A stretch of 64,000 nt of DNA from Chloroflexia bacterium (GTDB lineage Bacteria > Chloroflexota > Chloroflexia > QHBQ01 > JADMIH01): positions 265 to 64,264 of the forward strand of contig JBBRDO010000013.1 of assembly GCA_038203825.1 (NCBI GenBank). Direction: 5' to 3'. Positions 45,355-54,000 of the stretch are shown here, piece after piece. Position numbers and translations under genes: made by a program. Below the pieces are notes generated by a model. The model saw nothing but the letters and a program-made list of their open reading frames with translations, had not been told where the DNA came from and searched no databases. The first letter of the stretch is position 1. Each line of letters opens with the position of its first letter.

Positions 45355-46422
45355 ATGCCATCAAAGGCAATAGCCCTACAGCGGCTGTACCAGCAGCGGC
45401 TATCGCATGCGCCGCTCGCGACCCCGGAGGAGGTAGTAGAGTGGCTGGGAGCAGTCCAGTCGCAGGACTATCCGGGCGCGAAGTGGTCGCTCGCTCTGCG
45501 CATGCAGAATCCCCAGGACGACGCCATTGAGCGCGCCTATGCGGAGGGCACGATCCTGCGCACTCATGTCCTGCGGCCTACATGGCATTTCGTCCCGGCG
45601 GCGGATATACGCTGGATGCTGGAGCTTACGGCGCCGCGTATTATTGCCCAAGACGCGCACAGAAGCCGCCAACTCGAGCTGGACGCCGCTCAATATGCGC
45701 GTAGCAACGAGGTCATCGCGAGAGCTTTGCAGGGCGGTCGCTATCTCACCCGCCTCGAACTGGGCGCGGCGCTGGCCGAAGCCGGCATCCCCGCCGCCGA
45801 TGGGTCGAGGCTGGGCCATATCGTGATGCACGCCGAACTGGAAGCTGTCATATGCAGTGGGCCGAGGCGCGGCAAGCAGATGACTTATGCTTTGCTGGAC
45901 GAGCGCGCTCCGCACGCACGCATCCTGCCGCGAGAGGAAGCGCTGGCCGAACTAACCCGCCGTTACTTCACAGGGCATGGCCCGGCGACTGCCCGCGATT
46001 TCGTCTGGTGGTCGGGCCTGACTATGGCCGACGCGAGAGCAGGGCTGGCTATGTGTGATGCTCACCTGGAGCGCGAGGAGATAGACGGTAGCGCTTACTG
46101 GTTCTCAGCCGCAACTCAGCCTGTAGCCAAACCATACGACCAGGCCATACTCCTACCCACCTTTGACGAATATCTCGTAGGGTACGCGGGGTTCGGCGCG
46201 TCGAGGACGGAAGGTTGGAACATCAGCGAGGTCGGGGCATTCGCTGCAATGATTGTGCTTGGGGGCCGGATCGTGGGTAGCTGGAGGCGCACCTTCAAGG
46301 GACGCGCGATTGTGATGGAGCTAACGCTATTTGCGCCGCTGACCGGTGCTGAAAACGAAGCCGTCACAGCCGCCGAGCGCTACGGCGAGTTTGTTGGCAT
46401 GTCGGTGGTGTACGAATCGTGA
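45355..46422 (+). CDS. Winged-helix DNA-binding protein of the YcaQ/AlkZ-like (crosslink glycosylase) family
   Basis: LGAVQSQDYPGAKWSLALRM...ILRTHVLRPTWHFVPAADIRWML matches the family pattern as I remember it. Confidence 0.65.
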   Translation: MPSKAIALQRLYQQRLSHAPLATPEEVVEWLGAVQSQDYPGAKWSLALRMQNPQDDAIERAYAEGTILRTHVLRPTWHFVPAADIRWMLELTAPRIIAQDAHRSRQLELDAAQYARSNEVIARALQGGRYLTRLELGAALAEAGIPAADGSRLGHIVMHAELEAVICSGPRRGKQMTYALLDERAPHARILPREEALAELTRRYFTGHGPATARDFVWWSGLTMADARAGLAMCDAHLEREEIDGSAYWFSAATQPVAKPYDQAILLPTFDEYLVGYAGFGASRTEGWNISEVGAFAAMIVLGGRIVGSWRRTFKGRAIVMELTLFAPLTGAENEAVTAAERYGEFVGMSVVYES

Positions 46423-46600
46423 CACTGCGCACGCCCTAAAGGGCGGCGGCTTCTCCGGCTAGCGGAGCTACTTGCGCCGTGTCCTGGCGAACTACCCGGG
46501 TTACCCCGGGATACTTTTGTGGGTATACGAATTGGATACTCCTGGCAATATCACAACCCGTTTGGAGAGAACCATACTTGCCAATCGCAAGTATGTTAGT
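46423..46600 (-). ncRNA. Candidate omega (right-end) RNA scaffold overlapping the tnpB 3' end
   Basis: Three strong hairpins sit in or at the end of the coding sequence. One is a 9-bp stem at 46573-46595. One is CCCGGG-GUAA-CCCGGG at 46505-46520. One is CGCCC-UUUA-GGGCG spanning the stop codon at 46432-45. In known TnpB elements the omega RNA overlaps the 3' end of tnpB. The extent is not determined. Confidence 0.3.
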
Positions 46601-47638
46601 CGCACCTATTACATCGCGTGGGGCTGTTATCCCACACTCTCGACAGATGTGTGTTCTTTTGGACTTACGCCTACTACCACAGTTGGGGCAGGTCTGCGAA
46701 CTATACGCTTCGTCCACCACGATTGCTCCGCTAGTTTTGTAGTCAAGCATCTTGATAATACGCGCATTACTGGCAGAGGATACTTGCTGGGCTTGTATCC
46801 TACCCATCTTCTGAGCAGCATCGTTGAAAGGCTCACCAACGTAGCACTTAGCATCACGAAAAGCAGACGCCACATGACGTGTAGCCTTATGCAGTATGTC
46901 CGTCATACGATGTGCGGCTTTAGCCAAAAGGCGATACTTGCGTCGTTGCGTGCGCTTATACCGTCTGCTACCTTTGGTGAGGCCCGATTGACGTGTCTGC
47001 ATGGTGGCCAACCGTTTGTTGCGCCACTGAACAGTAGCCTTCGCCTCTCTGCCGGACACCAACATAGCACGTTTACCATCGGTCGCGGCAACCAGTGTAT
47101 TCACACCCAGGTCAACACCAATGATCACGCCCTGTGGCTTCACCCCCTCAGGAACTTCGTACACAAGCATAACCCTATCAAAGTCAAGTCTGACTTCCAT
47201 AAGGCGACCAACAAGCGTGACACCATCCGGTATGCGAATAGAAAAAGTACCGGATGTGCCGTTGGGGAGTCTGAGGCGGTCATCGCGTATCGCCGCCGAC
47301 TGGTTGGTGTAAATGACACCCTTATATCTAGGCTTATGCAGAGGATAACGGGCCTCGGGGTGCCCACGTTTGCGGAGTTGGCGGGTACTTTCTGTGGCCT
47401 CCACAAAGTCGGCTATTATCTGCTGTACCGATTGCGAGTGCAAACCAGGATACCGCCCCTTAGCCCACTTTTGCCAGCGTTCTTTCGTGGGCCACCTAAG
47501 TTGCAAGTGACGGATGCGATAGTGCCTTTCTACAAGGTCGCTCCACAACCTGCCAGCCTCAATACGGCAGGCGGTGAAAGTAGCCCGCTCTGTGTGAGAA
47601 CGTGGCTTCCAAGCTATTTCTATCGTGCGATAACTCAT
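46436..47638 (-). CDS. tnpB: RNA-guided endonuclease TnpB (OrfB_IS605 + zinc ribbon)
   Basis: 400 aa. RuvC motifs IGVDLGVNT, IVVDEAYSSQTC and RDVIGATNI, plus the zinc ribbon CPNCGSRRKSKRTHICRECG. The catalytic residues appear intact. Confidence 0.9.
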   Translation of the reverse strand: MSYRTIEIAWKPRSHTERATFTACRIEAGRLWSDLVERHYRIRHLQLRWPTKERWQKWAKGRYPGLHSQSVQQIIADFVEATESTRQLRKRGHPEARYPLHKPRYKGVIYTNQSAAIRDDRLRLPNGTSGTFSIRIPDGVTLVGRLMEVRLDFDRVMLVYEVPEGVKPQGVIIGVDLGVNTLVAATDGKRAMLVSGREAKATVQWRNKRLATMQTRQSGLTKGSRRYKRTQRRKYRLLAKAAHRMTDILHKATRHVASAFRDAKCYVGEPFNDAAQKMGRIQAQQVSSASNARIIKMLDYKTSGAIVVDEAYSSQTCPNCGSRRKSKRTHICRECGITAPRDVIGATNILAIGKYGSLQTGCDIARSIQFVYPQKYPGVTRVVRQDTAQVAPLAGEAAAL

Positions 47639-47648
47639 CCCTATATTT

Positions 47649-47659
47649 ATTATATCACA
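47649..47659 (-). promoter_or_regulatory. Extended -10 promoter (TGATATAAT) for tnpB, nearly leaderless
   Basis: In the minus-strand reading, tgTGaTATAAT lies in an AT-rich patch, and the -10 hexamer ends 10 nt before the tnpB ATG. A related block is retained in the relic copy. Confidence 0.4.
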
Positions 47660-47695
47660 TATATCACAAAGAAGAGACTATATCCAATCTTTTAT

Positions 47696-47731
47696 CCGCC
47701 TCACCCGCCTCACCCGCCTCACCCGCCTCAC
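47696..47731. repeat. Tandem 9-mer (CCGCCTCAC) x4 inside the tnpB left end
   Basis: Read directly. The array is absent from the otherwise collinear relic copy at 27.2 kb. Confidence 0.95.
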
Positions 47732-47792
47732 CACAGCCAATGCGGAGTAGCTATTCAGCAATGCGTGGCTTTAGCGATTTTCTGTAAGTCAC

Positions 47793-47874
47793 AGATCGTA
47801 AGTCACAGATCGTAAGCCCGAAGACAGCCGTGATGAACTCCTAGCCGTGACTTACGATCAGCGACTTACGATCT
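47793..47874. terminator. Long imperfect hairpin (24-bp stem, 2 mismatches, 34-nt loop) built from 14-nt repeats, overlapping the dnaE stop codon
   Basis: agatcgtaagtcacagatcgtaag (47793-47816) pairs with cttacgatcagcgacttacgatct (47851-47874). The unit gtaagtcacagatc is tandemly duplicated from 47784. The dnaE TAA (47866-47868) lies in the stem. Confidence 0.5.
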
Positions 47875-50800
47875 ACGACTCACTGCGATCGGCGCGAGCT
47901 TGCTTGCGATCAGGATGGGGTGCGACTTTAGCTGCACGCTATCGACGGGGGTCAGGTTGGAGGGGGGCTGTACTCCTATGCCTCGGCCCTTGCCGCTTAC
48001 CTGGATGGTGCCTGTGATGGTGTAGGGGCCGTAGCCGTGGGTGGCCAGTAGCTCGCCATGCTCTTTGTACGCATCAGAGAAGACGACCACTTCGATAAGG
48101 CCCTCACGATCTTGCAGGGTTATGAAGAGCATCCAGTTGCCGTCCTTGCCCATGTGCCTGCGTCCGGCAGCTATTACACCGGCCACCTTCACTTCGCGGC
48201 CCGCATAGGTATCTGAGTGGGCGTAAAGGCTGCTTGAGGAGACAGCATCACCCACCTCCACTAACTCCATCTCGTTGCGGCTCACCACAAAGCCGAGGGC
48301 TTCCTGCTCCTGCCTTAGCTTTTCGGAAGGCGTGTACTCTTCGAGCGGAGGTACTTCTATGCGGTGAGCGCCCGGCCTGCCCAACACCTTGGTCTGCTGC
48401 CACCCACCCGGACCCGCATCTCCCTCTATTAGCTCGCCCATCATAACCTGCAGGCTCTTCCCTCCCGTGCCGGTCGCCGACTTCCAGTGTGCGTACTCGT
48501 TACGGGCGCGCCTGCCGAGCCCACCCGCCGACGCCGACAATAATGAAGGCAGCAGCCACAGCATCTGGCGGCGATTGAGAGCACCGGCATGCTCGCACAC
48601 TACGGCTTGCACTGTAGCCACTTCACCCAGCTTGCCCAGCACAGGCACTATGGAGGGCATAGAGCGTGCCCCGTCCGCGTCAACTAGGTTGTCACAGGCG
48701 CCTACCTTCACCAGCGAGGTTATCTCCTGGCGGCTCATCTCTACGCGTGACATGAGGTCGGGCAGCGAGTGGAACGGACCGCCTGCACGGCGCGCCTGCG
48801 CTATTGCGTCGATGGTCTTTCCGGCAAGCCCCTTCACGAACTGCAGGCCGAAGCGAATAGTCCTGCTGCTGCCGGCGCCCCTGGGATTTGGCGGCACTTC
48901 GCACCAGGCTCCGCTCTCGTTCACGTCGGGCACGAGGAGCTTTATGCCCAACCGGCGGGCGTCTTCCACGTAGACGGCAGGGCCGTAGTACCCGCCGCCG
49001 TTATTGATCTGCGCCGCCAGGTACTCAGCAGGGTAATGCGCCTTCATGTAGGCGCTGCGATAGGCGATGAGGGCATAGGAGTGGGCGTGGGCCGCGCAGA
49101 AGCCGAAGCCACTGTACCCCGCAACGATGTCCCACACCCTCTCCGCCTGCAATTGGTCTATGCCGCGCTCTATTGCGCCCGCCACGAATTCGTTGCCCAG
49201 CTTTGTGCGCTCATCGGCCGAGCGGGTCTTGCCGAGGGCTTTGCGCAACTGCTCGGCCTCGCCCAGGCTCAGCCCGCCCAGCCTGTGCACCAGCTTCAGA
49301 AATTGCTCCTGAAAGAGGATCACGCCTTTGGTGTCCTTCAGGATCGGCTCCATAGAGGGGTGGGCGTAAGTGACCTCCTCCTCTCCCAGGTGCCGCCGCA
49401 TGAAAGCCTCGAGGAAGCCGCCTTCGAGAGGGCCGGGCCTGAACAGGGAGATTGCTATGGCCACCTGGTCGAGGTTGCGCGGCCTGAGCCATTTTAGAAG
49501 GCCGCGCATGCCGGGGCTTTCCAACTGGAAGCAGCCGAGGGTGTGCCCTTCGGCCATCATGCGATAGGTGCGCTCGTCGTCAACCGGGATGGTTTGCAGG
49601 CGCTTCTCAAGCTCGCTGCCGCCGGTACTTTTGCCTTCACTCGCATTAGCGCCTAATCTCGATGCTTGCACGGTATCCACCAGCGTCGTGAGTGCCCTGC
49701 TGCCGAGTATGTCCATTTTCACGAGGCCCAGGTCTTCTATAGCGTCTTTGTCGTACTGGGTGATAGCCATCCCTGGGTCGCGGGCCGCGCGCTGCAAAGG
49801 CACGAGCCCTGATAATGGAGTAGGGGTTATCACCACGCCCGCACAGTGCATGCCCGCATGGCGCGGCAGTCCCTCGATGGCCTGAGCCAGCCTATATGCG
49901 GTGCGCTCGGCCTCGTCGCGGAAACGGGGCGACTTGCCGTTGTATGTGCCTTCTTCATATACCACCCCCTCTCCTTCTCCATCCTCTACGCCTTCTAACT
50001 CACTATCATCTCGCGGCTCAGCCGACCCTGAATGCATCTCGAAGACATGGGGCAGGCGGTTGCCTATATAGCTGATGCGGCCGGCGCTCACCCCCATCAC
50101 CTTTGCCATCTCACGCCACGCCGAGCGCAGGCGGAACGTTATGTGCGTGCCCACTGTCGCCACCCGCTCATGGCCGTGCCGCTCATATATGTAGTGCAGC
50201 ACCTCGTCGCGCCGCCGCCAGCAGAGGTCGAGATCTATATCGGGCAGGTCGGTGCCTGTGCTGCCGCCCGGTGATCCCACAGCAGTTCGTGAGGGGTTGA
50301 GAAAGCGCTCGAAAAGGAGGTCTTTTTCGAGGGGGTCTACCTGCGTAATGCCCAGCACGTAGGCCACGAGGCTGTTCGCGGCAGAGCCACGCGCCATGAT
50401 CGGGATGTCGCGCGAATGAGCGAAGTGGACTATGTCGTAGACGACCAGGAAGTAGGGCGAGAAGCCGAGCGTCTCGATAACCTCCAATTCATACTTCATG
50501 CGTGCTATAACGGCCTCGGTGAGCGGGCGGTAGCGGCGGGTGGCCCCCGCGAAGCAAAGCTTCCAGAGCCTGGAAAAGGGGGTTTCGCCTCCGCTCAGGT
50601 CTACTGTAGGGAAGAGAGGCTTATACAGGGGCAGCTCAAGGGTGCACTGCTCCGCTATGAAGCTGGTGTTGGCGAGAGCCTGCGGGTAATCGGCAAAGAG
50701 GAGCGCCATCTCCTCGGCAGACTTGAAATAGCGCTCTGTGCCTACTTCTTCGCGCAAAGCCGCATCCAGCAAAGCTCCGGGAGCGCACGCCTCGCTTCCG

Positions 50801-51624
50801 GCCTGTTCAGCAATGGTATAACTCCCGCGCCTGATGCCCTTACGAGCAGCAGCGAGGGCGCGTGCTGTGGGCGCATCGTCTGCTGCCAGATAGAGCACAT
50901 CGTTCGCGGCCACGATAGGCACGCCCATATCGTTCGCCAGCCCGGCCAGCAAGGGCAGGACATTAGCATCCTTTTCATCAAGCCGTTGCAATTCGACAAA
51001 GACGTTGCCTTCGCCGAAGGCTGCGATAAGGGTGCCTATAGCTTTGGCCGCCTGATCCATTTTGCCCTGCATAACCAGCGAATAGAGCAGCCCCTGCCGC
51101 CCACCTGCCAGCACGATAAGGCCCCGGGCGTGGCGGCCTGACAGCAGCAAGTCACGCGGCAATCGGGGGTCTTTAGGCAAAGGAGGTGGCTGCAGGGAGA
51201 GGGAAGGAGGCTTTACTTTCTCAGGCTTGCCCGTAAAGCCGAACACGGGCACACCCCACAGGCCAGGCTCCCAGAAGGGGGCGTCTTCGTCATCATCGTA
51301 GCCCGGCGGCTCCAGGAGTTGAGGGTCGGCGTTGAGGCGTAGCACGGTCGCCAACTGGCAGAGGTTACGATAGCCGTCCAGGTTGCGGGCCAGCAGCACC
51401 AGCCTGTCATCGTTATCGAGGTCCACCTCCATGCCGATTATAGGCTTGATGCCTGCTTTCCGCGCCTGGGTATAGAAGGAGACCGCGCCGTAGAGGGTGT
51501 TGCGGTCGGTAAGCGCAAGCGCGCCCATGCCCTGCTTTCTGGCAGCGCCGATAAGGCTCTTTGGTGTAGCAGTGCCCTCCAGAAGAGAATAACCCGAATG
51601 GCAATGCAGATGTACAAAGCTCAC
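47866..51624 (-). CDS. dnaE: DNA polymerase III alpha subunit
   Basis: 1252 aa with a GTG start. The N-terminal PHP domain reads FVHLHCHSGYSLLEG, followed by a polymerase core and a C-terminal OB-like region. Confidence 0.9.
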   Translation of the reverse strand: MSFVHLHCHSGYSLLEGTATPKSLIGAARKQGMGALALTDRNTLYGAVSFYTQARKAGIKPIIGMEVDLDNDDRLVLLARNLDGYRNLCQLATVLRLNADPQLLEPPGYDDDEDAPFWEPGLWGVPVFGFTGKPEKVKPPSLSLQPPPLPKDPRLPRDLLLSGRHARGLIVLAGGRQGLLYSLVMQGKMDQAAKAIGTLIAAFGEGNVFVELQRLDEKDANVLPLLAGLANDMGVPIVAANDVLYLAADDAPTARALAAARKGIRRGSYTIAEQAGSEACAPGALLDAALREEVGTERYFKSAEEMALLFADYPQALANTSFIAEQCTLELPLYKPLFPTVDLSGGETPFSRLWKLCFAGATRRYRPLTEAVIARMKYELEVIETLGFSPYFLVVYDIVHFAHSRDIPIMARGSAANSLVAYVLGITQVDPLEKDLLFERFLNPSRTAVGSPGGSTGTDLPDIDLDLCWRRRDEVLHYIYERHGHERVATVGTHITFRLRSAWREMAKVMGVSAGRISYIGNRLPHVFEMHSGSAEPRDDSELEGVEDGEGEGVVYEEGTYNGKSPRFRDEAERTAYRLAQAIEGLPRHAGMHCAGVVITPTPLSGLVPLQRAARDPGMAITQYDKDAIEDLGLVKMDILGSRALTTLVDTVQASRLGANASEGKSTGGSELEKRLQTIPVDDERTYRMMAEGHTLGCFQLESPGMRGLLKWLRPRNLDQVAIAISLFRPGPLEGGFLEAFMRRHLGEEEVTYAHPSMEPILKDTKGVILFQEQFLKLVHRLGGLSLGEAEQLRKALGKTRSADERTKLGNEFVAGAIERGIDQLQAERVWDIVAGYSGFGFCAAHAHSYALIAYRSAYMKAHYPAEYLAAQINNGGGYYGPAVYVEDARRLGIKLLVPDVNESGAWCEVPPNPRGAGSSRTIRFGLQFVKGLAGKTIDAIAQARRAGGPFHSLPDLMSRVEMSRQEITSLVKVGACDNLVDADGARSMPSIVPVLGKLGEVATVQAVVCEHAGALNRRQMLWLLPSLLSASAGGLGRRARNEYAHWKSATGTGGKSLQVMMGELIEGDAGPGGWQQTKVLGRPGAHRIEVPPLEEYTPSEKLRQEQEALGFVVSRNEMELVEVGDAVSSSSLYAHSDTYAGREVKVAGVIAAGRRHMGKDGNWMLFITLQDREGLIEVVVFSDAYKEHGELLATHGYGPYTITGTIQVSGKGRGIGVQPPSNLTPVDSVQLKSHPILIASKLAPIAVSRRS

Positions 51625-51680
51625 AAGTTCTCGCCCCTACAACAACCCCGTCGTGACCCTTTCGCCTATGCTCTACCAGA

Positions 51681-51710
51681 TACATACACTAGAACATATG
51701 TTCTAGTCAA
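51681..51710 (-). promoter_or_regulatory. dnaE promoter with an embedded Cheo-type LexA (SOS) box
   Basis: In the minus-strand reading: TTGACT (51710-51705), 18-nt spacer, TATGTA (51686-51681). The spacer is occupied by the perfect 20-bp palindrome ACTAGAACATATGTTCTAGT (51688-51707), whose core is GAAC-N4-GTTC. Confidence 0.6.
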
Positions 51711-51973
51711 GTGAACCGTCCTTAAATGTACCCAAATGGGCTAAGCTAAGGATTATAAGGGGTCTTGCCGCACCTGGATAGCAGGGGTTGATCCTGGCGA
51801 GATTCTTACCTGGAACGAAAAATCTATAGACTATCAGCCACTGTTGATGTACACTGTAGGCATTATGGCCAAGGAATAGGTTCTTGCGTGTCAGACGCAT
51901 AGGAAGAGGGTATGGACAGTATGCAGGAGCCCTTTTATTCCTGCTTTTCTCAAATATAAGGAGGAACTTCACA

Positions 51974-53005
51974 ATGTTAGGTAATTTCACAAAAGGGCGC
52001 GCTTCAATTCTGGTGTTGCTCATGCTGTTCGGCATGCTGCTGGCGGGCTGCGGTGCCGATGCGACACCCACAACCGCCCCGGCAGCCACCGCTACAAAGG
52101 CAGCGGCCACAGCAACCACGGCTGCCCCGGCTGCCACAGCGACCAAAGCAGCTCCCGCTGCGACCGCGACCACAGCCATGGCAGTAACCCCCACCGAGGC
52201 GATGGCAGGGGAGACCCCGACCACAGGCGCTTCGAACGTAGAGCCGACTCCGGTATCCGCCTGGAAGCCGGGCGCTCACGCGGGCACCATAACAGCTCCA
52301 TCGAAGCTGGTCGGCGCGGGCACGTTGACTATAGGCAGCGATGTCAGCTATCCACCACAGGAGTATATGGACGCGTCCAGTAATCCCGTCGGCTTCGATA
52401 TCGACGTTGCAACCGAGATAGCCAGCCGACTGGGTCTGCAGCCCAAGGTGGTCAACTTCAACTTCAACGACATCATCCCCGCCCTCAATGCCGGGCAGTT
52501 CGATATAATCATCTCAGCGATGAACATCACCCCTGAGCGGAGCAACGCCGTTGACTTCGTGCAATACTACGCAGCAGGTCAGTCCGTGCTGGTACCGAAA
52601 GGCAACCCCAAGAATATCAAGACGCTGGACGACCTCTCAGGCCTGACCGTAGCCGTGCAACAGGGCACAACAGAGCAGGATTCGCTCACTGCTGAGAACA
52701 CCAAGCTGAGCGCAGCAGGCAAGACAATGATAAACGTGCTTGTGTATGGCACCGACACTGATGCTGTTGACCAGTTGCGCGTTGGCCGAGCCGATGCCGC
52801 CATGGACGACGACCCGGTGGCCGCCTACTATGTCGCCCTGAACCCTAACTTCGAGGTTGCTCTCGCAGCCTACAACCCTCAGGACGAAGGGATAGCTGTA
52901 TCCAAGACCAATGCTGACATGAAGACCGCCATCACCTCAGCTATAACTGCCATGAAGAGCGACGGCACCATAGACGCCATCAAGGCCAAGTGGCAACTGA
53001 AGTAG
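51974..53005 (+). CDS. Polar amino-acid ABC substrate-binding lipoprotein (family 3)
   Basis: AAGGAGG upstream of the ATG at 51974. Lipobox LLAGCG, then a long Thr/Ala/Pro linker, then an SBP_bac_3-like body (LTIGSDVSYPPQEYMD...FDIIISAMNITPERS). Confidence 0.85.
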   Translation: MLGNFTKGRASILVLLMLFGMLLAGCGADATPTTAPAATATKAAATATTAAPAATATKAAPAATATTAMAVTPTEAMAGETPTTGASNVEPTPVSAWKPGAHAGTITAPSKLVGAGTLTIGSDVSYPPQEYMDASSNPVGFDIDVATEIASRLGLQPKVVNFNFNDIIPALNAGQFDIIISAMNITPERSNAVDFVQYYAAGQSVLVPKGNPKNIKTLDDLSGLTVAVQQGTTEQDSLTAENTKLSAAGKTMINVLVYGTDTDAVDQLRVGRADAAMDDDPVAAYYVALNPNFEVALAAYNPQDEGIAVSKTNADMKTAITSAITAMKSDGTIDAIKAKWQLK

Positions 53006-53031
53006 GATAGAGACGACGGACGATGGACGAT

Positions 53032-53072
53032 GGACGACGGACGGCGGGAATTGATCGGTAGTCGTCCGTCGT
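53032..53072 (+). terminator. Hairpin after the binding-protein gene
   Basis: gacgacggacg (53032-53042) pairs with cgtccgtcgtc (53062-53072). An extra upstream copy of the 5' arm lies at 53011-53021. There is no clear U-tract. Confidence 0.4.
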
Positions 53073-53091
53073 CTGTCGTCAAAGCAATACT

Positions 53092-53949
53092 ATGTCAACA
53101 CGCAATAACACCGACCAACTGCGCACCTGGGCCTTGATCGTAATAGTGGTGGTTGTGGGCGCCGTAGTGGCCTACTATGCCTGGCAGTTCGGCTCAAAGC
53201 TCGACTGGACGTTTATCTTCCAGCACTTCTTTGACGGCGCGCTGGTGCAGGGCGCGCAAATGACCCTCTTCCTGTCGGTGACCGCGCAGATCGCGGGGAT
53301 ACTACTGGGGCTACTGGCTGCGCTCATGAAGCTCAGCAATAGCCCCATCCCCCTGGTCAACATAGTGCTGAGGACCATCTCCAACTTTTATATCTGGCTC
53401 TTCCGAGGCACTCCTCTACTCGTCCAACTCATCATTTTCGCCACGGGCCTGTACGAGGTGGGGATCCACCTCGACCTGATCACTGCTGCTCTGTTGGCCT
53501 TGAGCCTGAACGAAGGCGCTTACATGGCCGAGATCGTGCGCGCAGGCATCCAGAGCGTGGACCCCGGCCAGATGGAAGCGGCCAAGTCGCTCGGCATGAC
53601 CTACGGGCTGGGCATGAGACGCATAGTCTTGCCCCAGGCGCTGCGCGTAATCCTGCCCCCCACGGGCAACGAGTTCAACAACATGCTCAAGAGCTCCTCG
53701 CTGGCCTCCGTGATCAGCGTGGGCGAGCTATTGCAGCACGCGGGCGACCTCAACCATCTCTACTTCAAAACTATGGAGACCTTCACCATTGCCTCGTGCT
53801 ACTACCTGGCCATGACTACAGTCTGGACCTGGGTGCAGAGCAAGATAGAGACTCGGCTTGGCACACGTGAAATAAAGGGTGAACAGCGCAGCTTCATGAA
53901 CCGCCTGCGCGGGAACTTAATCAGCACGCGAAGCAGCATGGGCCACTAG
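53092..53949 (+). CDS. Polar amino-acid ABC permease
   Basis: His/Glu/Gln/Arg-type permease pattern with EAA loop NEGAYMAEIVRAGIQSVDPGQMEAAKSLGM. Confidence 0.9.
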   Translation: MSTRNNTDQLRTWALIVIVVVVGAVVAYYAWQFGSKLDWTFIFQHFFDGALVQGAQMTLFLSVTAQIAGILLGLLAALMKLSNSPIPLVNIVLRTISNFYIWLFRGTPLLVQLIIFATGLYEVGIHLDLITAALLALSLNEGAYMAEIVRAGIQSVDPGQMEAAKSLGMTYGLGMRRIVLPQALRVILPPTGNEFNNMLKSSSLASVISVGELLQHAGDLNHLYFKTMETFTIASCYYLAMTTVWTWVQSKIETRLGTREIKGEQRSFMNRLRGNLISTRSSMGH

Positions 53950-54000
53950 TAAGCCGGGATATAGCAGGTACATCCCCCGGAGCATGAACACTTACACAGA

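Larger units (their letters stand above)
46423..47783 (-). mobile_element. IS200/IS605-family tnpB-only element (IS1341-like), boundaries inferred
   Basis: It fills the whole gap between the YcaQ-like stop (46422) and the dnaE 3' region. The left-end boundary at 47783 is inferred because identity with the relic copy starts exactly after CTTAC in both. No tnpA is present. Confidence 0.55.

Noticed and set aside
46472-47815. 447-aa plus-strand ORF
   Set aside because: It is antisense to tnpB, which has clear RuvC and zinc-ribbon motifs. Its C-terminus merely reads through the 9-mer array (PPHPPHPPHPPH).
47696-47816. CRISPR-like appearance of the short direct repeats near tnpB (also at 42921-42962 and 30319-30354)
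   Set aside because: The units are 9-14 nt and directly abutting, with no spacers, and there are no cas genes. These are microsatellite-type tandem repeats, not CRISPR arrays.
51703-52224. 173-aa minus-strand ORF rich in Ala/Val
   Set aside because: It is the antisense reading of the Thr/Ala/Pro linker of the amino-acid-binding lipoprotein and its upstream region.
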